Shown piece by piece: positions 40,474-53,413 of a DNA stretch of 64,000 nt. The notes under the pieces are model-generated. The model ran no database searches. It was given only the letters and a program-made list of their open reading frames with translations, and was not told where the DNA came from. The stretch spans positions 5,642,001 through 5,706,000 of the forward strand of contig CM119384.1 in assembly GCA_051294905.1 (NCBI GenBank), in the 5' to 3' direction. This DNA comes from Botryllus schlosseri (taxonomy: Eukaryota). Every line of letters starts with the position of its first letter. Within the stretch, counting starts at the first letter, position 1. The translations under genes and the position numbers were made by a program.

Positions 40474-43400
40474 ATGGACTTGGATTTACTGCAAGATGTA
40501 ATCACACTAGTAAGAAATCAAATAGGTCAAGGAGAAGATACTTCTGAAGATGTTACACAAACTGGTAAGTTTTTTAATGTGTGATGTAATGACACAATTA
40601 TCACTAAAAGAAGGGAAGGGGTTGGGCAGGACACAGTGTAAAGGTAAACCTATCTGATTTTGCTACACCAATACATTCCCTATCGATAATAACAGCAAAA
40701 TTTGATTACAGGAATGATCCTTATGTCAGTGAATTTAACCTTCATGTAGTGTAGCTAGCCTCTTGTTCGTTTTGGCAAAATAACAATAGGTGTGACCAAT
40801 GTTCCCTCTAAGCTGCGCACATGCGCAAATGCACAGTGCTGACACGGTCTCTGCGCACAGAAAATTAAAGTTGCCCACAAAAAATCCGAAGTGATGACCT
40901 TTAATTTAGTCGTTACGCACTGTTTTCCAAGGGTCTCCGCAGTGACTTGGTGAGTGTGCGCAAACTCGTCAAAAATTTGTGGGAACATTGGGTGTGACAC
41001 TATTAACGTGGCGCCGGTTACATAGGCCTAGTCGATCAAGTTTAGCACTTTGCTTTGAAACTGCAGCTACCAATTGAAAAGTAATTATAAATATACTATC
41101 GGTATAAGAAATTGTAATTTACGATAAATTCAATTATTGACATAAAAATTGTCGCTCATATGATATGAAAGTTACCATTTAAAGTGCTCAGGCTGACAAA
41201 CAGAACACAATAGGGACCAAGTTAGAAGGCTACCGGGCGGCCCGGGTTCGATTCCGTGTCGGGGGTTATTCTGGGATCCTCGTCCACTGTGAAACGCACT
41301 CACAACAGAACCGCGGCATAGAGATTAACATCGTAAAAGAACTGTAACATCAGGCGCTAGGTCGAGGTGAATGCCAGTTTAAGAGACAGCAACTGGTCGT
41401 TCGGCATCCTCCTGTCTGTTCATTACATTGCATGGTGTCTTGCAACATTGTAAACTGTGTGTGTCTTGTTCAGATGAAAATACAATCTGACAAGTGACAA
41501 TTATTATTATTTACCTACTACATTTCAGAGAAATTGACGCAGATCTCAAGTTTGGATATTAATGAATCTTCTGATGTTGAATCAGGTAACATTATATAGA
41601 TTGCATCAATGACCATGAAATTTATTCTACATGTACAGAAAAGGACCTTGTAATGCAACGTGATTGATATCTCAACACAGTTTGTATCTATTAAGGCAGC
41701 AAAATGTACGAAGTACGCATGCTGAGGATGGTGATCCAAGATTTTGTTGACAATATGCGGTCAGAAGTAACAAATTTCGGCACCTCGCTCGCCCGCTCGA
41801 TCTACAAGATGAAGAAAGCCACTGAGCAAATTCAACAATACGCAGAATTGTATAAAGAAATCCAATTAGAAAGTTGTCACTTGAAAGACTTCTTTAGTGT
41901 GATCAAAGCAACCACACAGATGGATGTCACAGGGAAATCCATTCAGTTCCGTGCTAAGTGGAAAGCGTACAACATCATTTCTTTGACTCACTTACTACTG
42001 ATGTTGAATGAAAACAGAGTGGCAAAAGACGCAAGCAAATACGTCATATTCTGGCTACAGCAGAACATTGGCGCTGAGGCCAGCACAACCAATTTGCATG
42101 GCTTTTCATGTCATGTCTTGGCGATAATACATCAAGCCCAAAACAACGACGAAACCACAGTCCAGTATTATGAAAGTGCATTGGATGCATATCAAGGCGA
42201 CTACGATTGGATCGATGCAAATGCTCAAAAGAACCTGATTCAAGTTATTGATGCGAAACTGGAGCATGTCGGTACGTTGAAATGTATGATAATAGTGATA
42301 ATTTCAGTCGTACCAACCAGGACCACTGATACGGTCGCATGAACCTAACAAGTAAAGAATAACACTATGTGCTTGGTAGTAGAATCAAAAGAATATTAAT
42401 ACCGTCATTTTGCATGTATACTGCGCAAAATTTTACCGAATTTTTGTCCTAAAATCGGGGGGATGCGTATTATGCATGGATACAACAAGCCTTTAAAAAA
42501 ATCTCCTTCGAAATAAAACTTGAAATCACACCTTTCTTCATATTTGTTTTCAATTGCGTATCACATTCAGCCATCGTGCCCAGTAATTCGTATTATCAGT
42601 GTTCACTAGGGTTGTCGAAAATTTGGGAAATCCTAAAAATGCTCCGTTGCAATGTCTTATTCTATATATTATTGATAAAAAACAACAATGAGCCTAAAAG
42701 AAGCTCACAGGAAAGCCGTTAAGATTTCGTGCAAAGCGTTTGAAAGTAGCTGCCGAAAAATGGGCGTGCCACCGACCATAGAACGGCGAGAAGACTAGTA
42801 ATCACGAAACCAGGGCTTTTGATTGGGTAATCGGCTATGCTCCAATGATCACGACAGCAGCAGCTTGCTGGTTCGGTGATCCTGGAGGCGGCGATTCTGA
42901 AAGCGCACTGTAGGTAGGTAGGCAGATAACGATTTGGGATTAATTCAGTGCATGTTGAGGTATGAAATACATGATGAACAAACAACAGCTGTTTCACAAA
43001 GACGTCTTAAGCATGACCGCTTTATTGTGAAGGAAACCGCTGTAGCCTACATGCCTTGTTTTCATCATAGGAAGCAAAGGCGCTTATGCAAGTTGCGAAC
43101 GAATTCCTAGTTTCAGAAGGAATCGATCATCATCGAATACAAATAAACTTAACAATGACACTATAATTTGTGTGATCTTATTGGGATCAGGTTATTGTAT
43201 GTAGTTGAAGTTTTGAATTCTCTAGGGATCGGCTGAATAAGCCGGCTATACTTGGCACTTATCAGATGCTTACAGCAAATTGAATTCAATTGCAAGTGTT
43301 GTCAAAGTCCTTGATGATGACGTAAAAAAGAGGTGTAACCCTAGTAAGCACATACTATGCTGGATATGATAAGTCAAAGTCCTTAATGATCTCGCAGAAA

Positions 43401-46400
43401 AGAGGTGTAAAGGTAAGCACAGACTATGCTGCATAGTATCCAGCTTAGCTGGGATATCATATCCAGCATAGTCTGTGCTTACATTTACACCTCGTTTCTG
43501 CAACAACATTAAGGACTTTGAAAGCACTTACAAGTGATTGAAGTGAATTCAAATTGCTGTATGCATCTTATAAGTGCCAAGCATAACCCGTTGATTCTGC
43601 CGATCCTCAGAGCATTCAAAACTTCAACTATATACTACAACCTGAGCCCAATAAGATCACACAAATTATAGTGTCATTGTTAAGCTTTATATTTGTATTC
43701 AATGAAGATGGATTCCTTCTGAAACTAGGAATTCGTTTGCCACTTGCATAAGCGTCTTTTCTTTCCCTCGATGAAAACAAGGCATGCAGCCTACAGGCGG
43801 TTTCCTTCACAATAAAGCGGTCATGCTTTAGACGTTTTTGTGAAGCAGCTGTTGTTTGTTTACCATGTATTTTGTGCCTCAACATGCCCTTAATTAATCC
43901 TAAATCATTATCTGCCAACATACCTACAATGCGCTTTCAGAATTGCCGCCGATAGCAGATTCCTTGATCGACTAATCAGCAAGCTGCTGCTGTCGTGATC
44001 ATTGAAGCATAGCCCATTAGCCAATCAAGAGTCGTGGTTTCGTGATTACCAGTCTTCTCGACGTTCTATGGTCGGTGGCACGCCCATTCTTCGGCAGCTA
44101 CTTTCAAACGTATTGCACGAAATCTTAACGGCTTTCCTGTGAGCTTCCTTTCGGCCCATTGTTGTTTCTTATCAATGATCTATAGAATAAGATATTACAA
44201 CTGAGGATTTTAAAGATTTTCCAAATTTGGGACAACCCTGGTGTTCACGCACTATAAATAAAATTTCATAAGTTCCCTTATTTTATAAGTTTACTAGTAC
44301 CAAATAAAGGCACCCTCCTCGCCGGCCTGAACTATGGCGTCCCGGGCCTCACAGGCTTTGGCTGCTATCTACAATCGTTTAGAGACAATGCCGTTAAGTG
44401 TATAATGATTAGCGATGGTTATGTCATAATTGTTCAACAGTGACATTGCAAAACAGAATGATATCGAATACTAAAGCATAACCATCGCTGGCAACTTATC
44501 CCACGCGCAAGTTTGTCAACACGAGAAGCGAATGCAGGGTGCGTACTATACATTGGTACAGGCTTTTTACCAGAATTTACATGCCATTTTAAGAGTGCGT
44601 ATTATACATGGAGGGTGGAGGCGTATTATGCATGGAAAATTACGGTAATGGCATTTAGTATCCTTAGTTTACTGAAACTGAAAATTTTCCAAGTTACTTC
44701 CTAATCTCAACTCAAATACTTGACTCCCTGGTAATATCAATCAACCTTTCAACTTGAGATAAATCCTACTAAGGACAGGTACAATAGGTTTTTATCTATA
44801 AATGTAACATGTTATAAATATAATACCTCGCACCACAATAATTCTAAAATGCAATGATAGTATTGTGCTTGTAATATGTAATAGTATTGTGCTTGTAATA
44901 TGTAGATTTCCAAAATAGCCAAGTTGGATTCAAGTATACAATATTTCAGAAGCGTCCATTGGACCTGAGGGTGGAAGCCTTGGGTTGAATAGTTTCCAAG
45001 TACATATACCACAAGACGCGTTGTGTGACACGAAGCAATTTAATCTGAGAACTTCCCTGGTGGAGAATTATGAAGAAGACTACACACCAATAAGCGCTGT
45101 GCTCGAATGCGAACCTCCAACAAACTTTAAATCGGCCGTAAAAATCGCGCTGCCTATGTGGTGCGAAGTTGAGAGCGAAAATGTAATCGCAGAAGTTTTC
45201 TGTCTCCGTAATGAGTCGTCAGAGCCGGAGCTATTGGAAAGCATCGACTTACAAGACGTAAAAGGGGCGGTCACATTCAACAGTAAACACTTTTCATCGT
45301 TTTTCATGATGATCAAAAATACCTTTCTTCGAATGGCCAAGTTCAAGGTGACTATGAGTATATGGAAGAGTCCGGAAGGCAATTATAACTTCATACTATC
45401 GGCAAAGGACAGGACGGTGGAGAAAAAATGGCGCAATGACCTGAGATCACAAGGCTACAGTCCCACAAAAGCCATAATAAACCCGACTGTAGTGAAAAAC
45501 AAACAGAAGTTAACACTGATAATGACATGCGACAAGGGAAACTTTACGAGGTCTCGACAGACCCTGATGCTCGATTTCAACCACAATCCGATTTTCCAGA
45601 AAAATTTCGTTTTGAATTTGGAAGAAGAGGGGCTAAACGAAAGCAGCATAACAGTTACGTGTGAGGTGATGAGTCAGGACACAGTCATCGAGGAGGTTCA
45701 GTGGAGAGAAACAGTGAGAAGTATTGGTGAGACGACATTATCTAAGTTATGAGCAGCGATATCCGTCAGCATTCATAACTATTCATGTACTGCGAATGCA
45801 GGGTGCGTACTATACATGGGTGCAGGCTTGTCCCCAGAATTTACACGCCATTTTAAGGGTGCGTATTATACATGGGGACGTACTATATTCGTAAATTTAA
45901 GGTAATTCCCAAACTGTGTGCCGCCAGAATCTCCAGTGTGCCATGAAATTTTTGGCAAATTTGAAAAATTATGTGCTATATACCGGTATTTAATGAATCA
46001 ACTGAAACAAGAAATCTATCCGCAAATCATGGGCATATTGTCTGGAGTTCCGCTCGCACTGCAACAATGTTTTCCGGAATGTGCTAATAACAACTTTGGG
46101 CATAGTTAATCCATTTGAAAGCTAGGAATCACGCAATCTTTTTACAGAACAGCTCATTGATTTACGATAGGAACCTCTTCAAGGAAAATTGACTGAGTTT
46201 AGACTGTCTGCTTCAAATTCTATGACTTGATCGATGCAAAATCGAGCTAATTATGTAGTCGTTACATCTTCACAGCCACGTGAACGGAGCCGTAACTGCC
46301 TTGCCCATACCCCCTAACTGGAAGCCAAAATCTTTTCGCAAATCAACATAAAGCATAATATTTTCGGCAGACACTCAACTTGAACATTTCTTCGCCTTGG

Positions 46401-47471
46401 CAAGATTTTGTCCGACTGGTATTCTTGACTATTACCACCCCTTCCAGAAAATACAAATAATTCTAAAACAATACCCATAATTTGCAGTGACGACTCATTA
46501 ACCATACTCGCAATTATAAAAACAATACATTATTATTCGGCTATCCCTTGAGGAAGTTGGAATACTATATTCTTCATAATCTGTTGATTAGGGACAATAT
46601 AGAGTCGGCTTTTCGGGTCAGGAATAGTCTTGACTGTGTGGTGTGAACAACTAAGCATCATGATGCACAATTACGTGCCCTAAATTTTTGAAATCATCAC
46701 CTCCATTATTTCCATTAAGAATAAGACAGCCTTACCCTCTTCCACCCTCGAATCAATATAGTGAAGCGTCCATGGAAATAAACCATATGCTAAGTCCAAG
46801 TTCGCATAATTACTTCACATAAGGGTTGGGGTTGACTTATAATTCTACTCGAGTAGCATCACTGATTACTTTGACCACCTGCCCTTCACCATACCACGAC
46901 ACACGCTACAAAATTGTCAGTCAACGCCTCATCTGTTTTCCCATACATTTTACCTCTAAACAGGGGTCCGGTCGGTCGCAGATCAACCGTACGTCTTTGA
47001 AGATTTCTACAACTCAGACGAACCAGACAGTGGCGCTCGTAAGTACCGACTGGAAGACGTTTTCCAAGACGAGATTGTCAAAGAATTTCCCAACAATGCC
47101 ATGTGGAGACGGTTCGCCATTTCAACGCATGGGCTCTCGTTATCTACGAAAAGAGTGGACAATATCGAATCAAATTACCCGCGGGACGTAGAGCGTCAGA
47201 GAATGGCCATGCTGGAATTGTGGAAGGAATTGTGGAAGGACACAGGTCTATCAGCATTCGCAAAGCCTTCTTCAGGTACAGCACTTCAATATACAATTGA
47301 ATATAAGATACAAGCTTCTCTCTCTTTTGATTTGATAGAGAAACTTAGTAACAGGTTAATAATGAGCAATGTGCAACAAAATGCCTAAAGTATCTCTATT
47401 CAGAGAAAGACCTCATAACGAAGATAAGGAGAACCGTGAAAGGCTTTCGAGAACATGAACGGAGCCAGTAG
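40474..47471 (+). CDS. Helical/TPR-like - ZU5 - UPA-like - death-domain protein, paralog 1 (626 aa)
   Basis: Exons 40474-40564, 41529-41585, 41696-42271, 44950-45726, 46964-47275, 47404-47471 total 1881 nt, are open, and all introns are GT-AG phase 1. ZU5 signature IGPEGGSLGLNSFQVHIPQDAL...PISAVLECEPPTNFKSAVKIALP...KHFSSF. Death-domain-like WRRFA..GLS..RVDNIESNYPRDVERQRMAMLELWK. Confidence 0.85.
40797..40990. mobile_element. 194-bp hAT MITE
   Basis: TIRs caatgttccc / gggaacattg. Perfect TSD ggtgtgac at 40789-40796 and 40991-40998. Confidence 0.92.
41226..41515 (+). mobile_element. 5'-truncated tRNA-derived SINE-like insertion
   Basis: Pol III B-box-like gggttcgattcc at ~41244 and an (att)n tail near 41500-41512. 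The segment is absent from the homologous intron of paralog 2 (59530-59580). Confidence 0.6.
42400..44647. mobile_element. Tc1/mariner (Tigger/pogo-like) MITE split by the fold-back element
   Basis: Ends taccgtcattttgcatgtata / tatgcatggaaaattacggta with terminal TA. A further right-end fragment lies at ~45790-45905. Confidence 0.65.
42607..44240. mobile_element. 1634-bp fold-back (whole-length palindromic) element with hAT-type ends
   Basis: Ends tagggttgtc / gacaaccctg. Perfect TSD gtgttcac at 42599-42606 and 44241-44248. The left arm is the reverse complement of the right arm (roughly 85-90% by eye), with the axis at ~43446 (ccagct-t-agctgg). Confidence 0.92.
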
Positions 47472-48454
47472 CAGTACGTCCTCGGAAGACTCACAGTCCG
47501 TGACAATGTCGGAATTAACGACAATAATATGAACAAAATGATTGCCTTCATAATAAAAAAACTGTACCGTACTATTCCGTGTTTTGCCCGAGACATCCAC
47601 ATCTGAAAGGCTGAATCTTGACACACAAATAGTAAACATTGGTTCGCTACCGCAGCAATAGAGGAAGAGACAGAAGTTCACAAATTTGATATCACCACTA
47701 AACATCAAACTATCAGTTTTATATTCAATTTCATTGCAATAAATCGATTGGTTAATTCGATTACACGAGCAGTATCAACACCACACGTATCACTTATCCA
47801 GTGCTATTGAAATCAGTTGAAAACGAAAACAATAATTTTTTCAAAAATTAGACCTGGAAATACTATAATGATCTGTGAGGACAGTAATCATAAAATCTTA
47901 CCACAAATATAAAAAAAAGCCGAGGCTAGAATCCTAAAATCGCTTGAATTTTATATCACAGAATATCAGATACAGGGATGTGATAAGACTATCAGTAATC
48001 GAAACGCTGCTGAAATAAAATTCGGGAGCAAATTCACTCACTGAGAGATGCACCTCTGTGTGTATATAGCTAAAAAGTGCCTAGAACACAATAATTTTGA
48101 ATTTGGCTCTAAAGTGAAACTGCAGAAAAAAACCAGTCATTTTGATTATCTGTAGAATTCCAGTCGGCACTTTTTCAATGTAATTGTAATGTAATTGTAA
48201 TTGAAGTATTTTTATTTTGTGTAATTGTAATTGTAATTTGACAAAAATTTTGCTCAATTACAATTTCAATTACATTAAATTGCTATTGAGACCTGACAAG
48301 AACAACATAAAATAATTGACTTATAATGCATTCTCTTTAAATGTCGACAAGGAATTTGGTGGATCCATTCGCGGAAGCCCTTGACTGCGCCCTTGCGGGT
48401 GAAGTTTTTTATTTTTACCGCTATGCTGGCCTCGGCTGCCTTTGTATACAATTA

Positions 48455-49015
48455 TTAGATTACTAACCAACGGATGGATTCGCAACACGTGACTCACGAT
48501 TGAATACGCCGAGAAGCGAACTGCTGAGCCGGCTAAAAGCCGCAGAATTGATAGTCCCATAGCTGGCGATCCAAGCGTCGAAATTTGATATGTATGGTCC
48601 CAATCGAAAGCTAGTGTCGCACTGATTCCACAATAAAAGTATATTTCCAGGCAATGGTACCATCCCAAAATAGTCGTGAAAGTCTGGGAATCGGCATTGT
48701 TCTGAACAATCGCTGGGCGTAATTGGTCATTATTGTGGTCATGCTGCTGCGGCGCTCTTACTTTTCAGAACAGTCGGCCTTAAACGGCTCTTTTGGAGCA
48801 GTTACATTGCCCTGATGAGATTTTAATTTGTATTTTCGGAATTAGTACATCAATAGCTTACGATAAAGACCAGATGCATCAAATTTGGACGCTTGGATCG
48901 TCAGCTCTTGGACTACAAAGTTTGCTGCTTTTAGCCGGCTCTGCGGCACGTTTGTCGGTGCATTCATCCGTGACTCACATCTTACGCATCAATCCGTGGG
49001 TTGGCAATCTACAAT
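48455..49015. repeat. Old inverted repeat, arms ~200 bp (48455-48660 and ~48810-49015)
   Basis: Arms align at roughly 70-75% as reverse complements, e.g. gacgcttggatcg(c/t)cagct and gcttttagccggctc. Confidence 0.8.
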
Positions 49016-49738
49016 ACGATTTCAGATCACGATGCTGCATCGTTACTTCGTCTGGCTAACTAACCAGACGACTGGATATTATATAACGTCTTATCTGACA
49101 AAGCACGGTTTTGTTTTTACTCCTCATCCTAATTCCTACGTCCCTCGATAAAAATAATATTATTTCTCTAATTATATACTATATACGCAAATCCAACACA
49201 TGCATACTGCATATATTATAATACTTTTTTCAACGACATACCGCACCCTATCCTTAGTCCTGACCCATAGGAAATTAGGTAAATAACATTTTACATTTCC
49301 AATTACGTGAGCCATAATTACCGAGCATACAAAACACGCTTATATTACGTCACAATGACATCTTACATAGCATACTATGTACGCACATAAACGCATTTAT
49401 TACTTCACAATCTGAACTAGACTGGTCGCCAGCGACAATTACAGATATAACACTGCGATATTTCATACTGTCTTTGCTTGCATAGCCTACGAATGTATTC
49501 AGACTATGAATTGTCAGGCTCCTCGTGTTTCCTCCGCTGTAAGACCATCGAATGGATAAGGTTCGTGTCAGCTATCCTACTTAATAGTTCATACTTCATT
49601 ACTGTCGCTATTTATGTTAAATTACCGACTTTAATTACCGCTCTTCACTCCTATACTGTGGTAAACTGTTTCCGATACTTCAACAGCCACTGAAAACTTG
49701 GTAAATTACAATATAGTCTGAGTCTTGGTGTTTCAAAA

Positions 49739-51674
49739 ATGGATGAACAGCAAATGAGCTCTTCCGAAACCTGTGCGGAACCATTTCCTACGCCACTGTC
49801 AGAGTTCTTTAAATCTTTGACCAGAACTGAGGCTTGCTGCAACAATTGCAAAAAGAAATTGAAGTTCTCGACCAAGGCTTCATCTAACTTGATCACCCAT
49901 TTGAAGAGATGTTCTCCCAATCTTTACGCTAAATATATAAACCTCAAAGAAAACATGAAGAAGACAAAAGTAGACCAAAGTCAACCACCCATCAAGTCAT
50001 TTTTTCAAACTTCTTCTTCCCAGCGATTTGCTCCATATGATGCCACTCAAAAAGCATTAACCAAAGCTCTACTCAAATCAATAGCTTGTGATCAGTTACC
50101 ATTAAGTATTGTAAATAGCCAATCATTCAGAAATCTGTTGTTGACTGCTGAACCAAGATATGTAATACCAGGACGCTCCACATTTAGAAATTCCCTTATA
50201 CCAATGGTTATTCGGCAAATGGAAGAAGAGATGAGATGTGAAATTGCACGTATGTCAAATGTTTACTTGACAATTGATCTCTGGACTAATCGTAACATGA
50301 CAAGTTTTTTGGGCATCACAATGCATTTTGTTGATGCAGAATGGAAGCTACGCAGCTTTGTCCTGGCAGTGGACTCATTCTTGGAACGACATACAGCTGA
50401 AAACATCGCTGAGGCTTATGACCACGTAATAGAAAAGTATAGACTTACAACAAAAGTGAAAAAGGTTGTGTCGGACAATGCTTCCTCTATGATAAAAGCA
50501 TTTCAGGATTCCCTTCCTGAGTTCACTTTGCATAAAACTGGTGAAGAAATCAATGAGGACAATGAGAAAGAATTGAATCCTGATCCTGAACAAGAAATGT
50601 CTGATGAGGGTGCTGATTTGAATGCTCTTCTCACTTACTTACCAGAAAGAGTAAGCTGTTTTGCTCATACGCAACAACTTTGTATTAAGGATTGTCTGCA
50701 ACATTCGGACTTTGCTAAGTCTTATGTTGGGAAGCAGCTGGGAAAGGTGGCCAAAATTGTGAATTCAGTACGAAAATCAGTAAATGCTACCTCTTATTTG
50801 CAACGTAAAAAAATCACGCTAAGGGCACAGAATGTGACAAGATGGAATTCGCAACTTGTTATGTTGCAAAGTGTCTTAAAGGACCACGAAGAAGTTAACG
50901 CGGCTCTCACCTTGATCCGGTCACGGGAAAAAATAACAAATCAAGATTATTTGGCATTGAGTGAGCTCGTGAGTGTGCTAATGCCTTTCAAAGAAGCAAT
51001 GCAGCAAGTTGAAGGACAAAATATTGTAACATCCTCTTGCATTTGTCCGGTAGTGCTAGGCTTACTGAAAGCAATGGAACAACTAAAAAATTCTAATCTC
51101 CACTATTGTCAGAAATTGACAGTTGACAGAAAAAGACTGTTTCTAAAAGGTTGTTGCCATTTGTAAATTCCTCGGACAACAGACTTGCATCTCTTCTTGA
51201 TCCACGATTTAAAAACAGCTGGATTGAAGATGACTTTGAAAAAGAGGAAGCAATATGTTTGCTAAAAACTCATGTGGCAAGTAGACTTGGTCAGGATGAC
51301 GAAGAGAGCTGTAGCACAGAGGATGAAACCCCTGCAAAAAAGCCAAACCTCTTTAACTTTATGGCAGAAGGTCTGAAAAAAAAAGAACAAGAAATTCAAT
51401 AATTGAAGTCGACGGCAATTTGGGTGAAGAAATCTTGCATTTTGATGAAGACCCACTAATGTATTGGAAGAAGAAGTCAGAAGAATTTCCAACGCTTGCT
51501 GCCTTAGCCAAAGATTATTTGGGGCTAACAGCAACATCAGCCCCGTCAGAAAGAATATTTTCAATTGCGGGCAACTTTTATACGGCAAGAAGAAATTTAC
51601 TGGGGCCAGAAACTTTTCGCACCTTAATGTTCATTAAATGCAATCCAGCAGTTTTTGAACAAGTAAAAATGTAA
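49739..51674 (+). pseudogene. hAT transposase (BED finger, DDE core, dimerisation domain) with two frameshifts
   Basis: BED finger ACCNNCKKKLKFSTKASSNLITHLKRC. Core motifs TIDLW, DNAS, CFAH, TRWNS, LLDPRFK, DPLMYWK, ATSAPSERIFS. Frameshifts fall in A-runs at ~51140 and ~51376. Confidence 0.93.
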
Positions 51675-53413
51675 ATGCAAACAAAAAATTGTAATTTACG
51701 GTATCAGGAGCTTCTTTCCATTTGCATTTATCTGAATTTTACACACACTGACGTCTTGACAGCTACATTTCATTTGCGTTGCTCAGTTTTGTCTATTCGT
51801 TTGATTGCGTTTCATTGCCCGTCTTGCAGCCTATTCGTTGTTAGTCATTGCCAGTCGCTCAAACTTTTGGTTGTTAACTGTCGCTTAAAAACGTTTCCTA
51901 TGATTAGGAATAGTTCGAAAACGTTTTATCTTTTTATTAATTAACGGGTATTTGCGTATCATGAATGAAACATGAATACTTGAATTGTTGTTAATAACGA
52001 CGCTACGGTTGTCAAGGAGCACGGTTGAATTTATGATTATTCAATTACCTGTTCAACAGCCGCAATTGTAATTGTAATTATAATGTAATTGAACCATGCA
52101 CGGAGTAATTGTAATTGTAATTTGATATTTTTAGCATGGAGTAATTATAATTGTAATGTAATTGAAACATGCATGAAAGTAATTGTAATTGTAATTGTAA
52201 TTGAACTGAAATAATGTAATTGATCCAACTCTGGTTGGGACCCCGAAAAATCCCGATCCCGCGATCCCAGAATTTGAAGCAATCCCGTTCCCGGGATTAA
52301 TTCCAATGAAATCCCGGGATTTGTAAACAGCATCTACCAAAGGCTCAAGTAGCGCCACAAATCATATTTTGGTAATAAACCAGTGTCACAAAGACGTCCG
52401 ATTGTCTAAAACAATTCACAATTATCTGATATTAAAACCAACTATAGCTTCCGTCGTAGTCTACAGATCGAAGCAGTGTGACGGAGTAACGGAGCGTTAC
52501 AAAGACGGTGCTGTGGTGGTGAAATGTAGGTCGGAATTCGAAGATGTCAGGGCAAAGAGAAAATCAGATGTGTGGCAAAACTTTTTGGTTTGTATATCTA
52601 CAGAAAAAGCCAAATGCAACTTGGGTGAAGACGTTTTGAAAGCCTCAGGGTCTGGCAGTAAGGGACTGAAACGCGTTCAACGTCCGTACACAAGATAGTA
52701 ATTAAATCATGCATGACTCAATCGGACACGTCAAAGAAAGATCAGGCAAAATGAAGATGAAGATCGACTCATTTTATAAATCGCATAAGCCTCGCCTCGA
52801 TGAACTTCTTTCCCAGTTAACAGCTGTGGACGGGTTAGCATTTAATCAAATTGCCGAAAGTTAACGAATTCGTCGGGCCTTCAAGGCTGACGGCTATGAC
52901 TAGCCAAGATGTCACAAACGGATTCGGGACTTTGTGAAGTAGGCAACACAGTTCAACAATCACGTCTGATAACTCTACGTTAGTACAATGCTCTGCTCTC
53001 TAACATGGGCGACGGGCATAGTCACCATAAAAGAAATAATATTTTATTGAACAAACACAAATACAACAAAAAAATATCATGATCATCAAATTCATTATAT
53101 TTTGAACTATGAGCGGTGCACGATACCTGACAACACTCTGTATAGCAGCTAAAACAGGGGTGACCAAGATTTTTGCTATTCACTGATGCATCTCGATTAC
53201 TCATGTTGCCTGCGGCCGCATTCCGGTGCATAATCGTAATAAAATAACTGGAGGCCAAAAACCCACGTTAAACTGTCCATGGCCATTGTCGGAACACTCT
53301 GGACTAATCTATTTACTCATATCGGCTTACTATGCGCACCGAAATCGTGAGTAGTCATGCTATAAAATACCACAGGAATTCGTCACGTAGTCGCGCGAGG
53401 CGCACAAAATTTC

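Larger units (their letters stand above)
48170..52233 (+). mobile_element. hAT DNA transposon (left boundary uncertain)
   Basis: Right end gtaattgtaattg...taattgatccaactctg at 52233 carries (gtaatt)n subterminal arrays. Similar arrays occur at 48170-48275, but no matching left TIR was found. Confidence 0.65.

Noticed and set aside
45920-46500. Possible decayed minus-strand ORF (ENIMLYVDLRKDFGFQLGVW...)
   Set aside because: Multiple stops and no motif I can assign. It needs a BLASTx search before any claim.
48163-48170. gtcggcac as the left TSD of the hAT ending at 52233 (gttgggac)
   Set aside because: Only a 6/8 match, no TIR follows it, and gttgggac is better explained as part of the next element's TIR.
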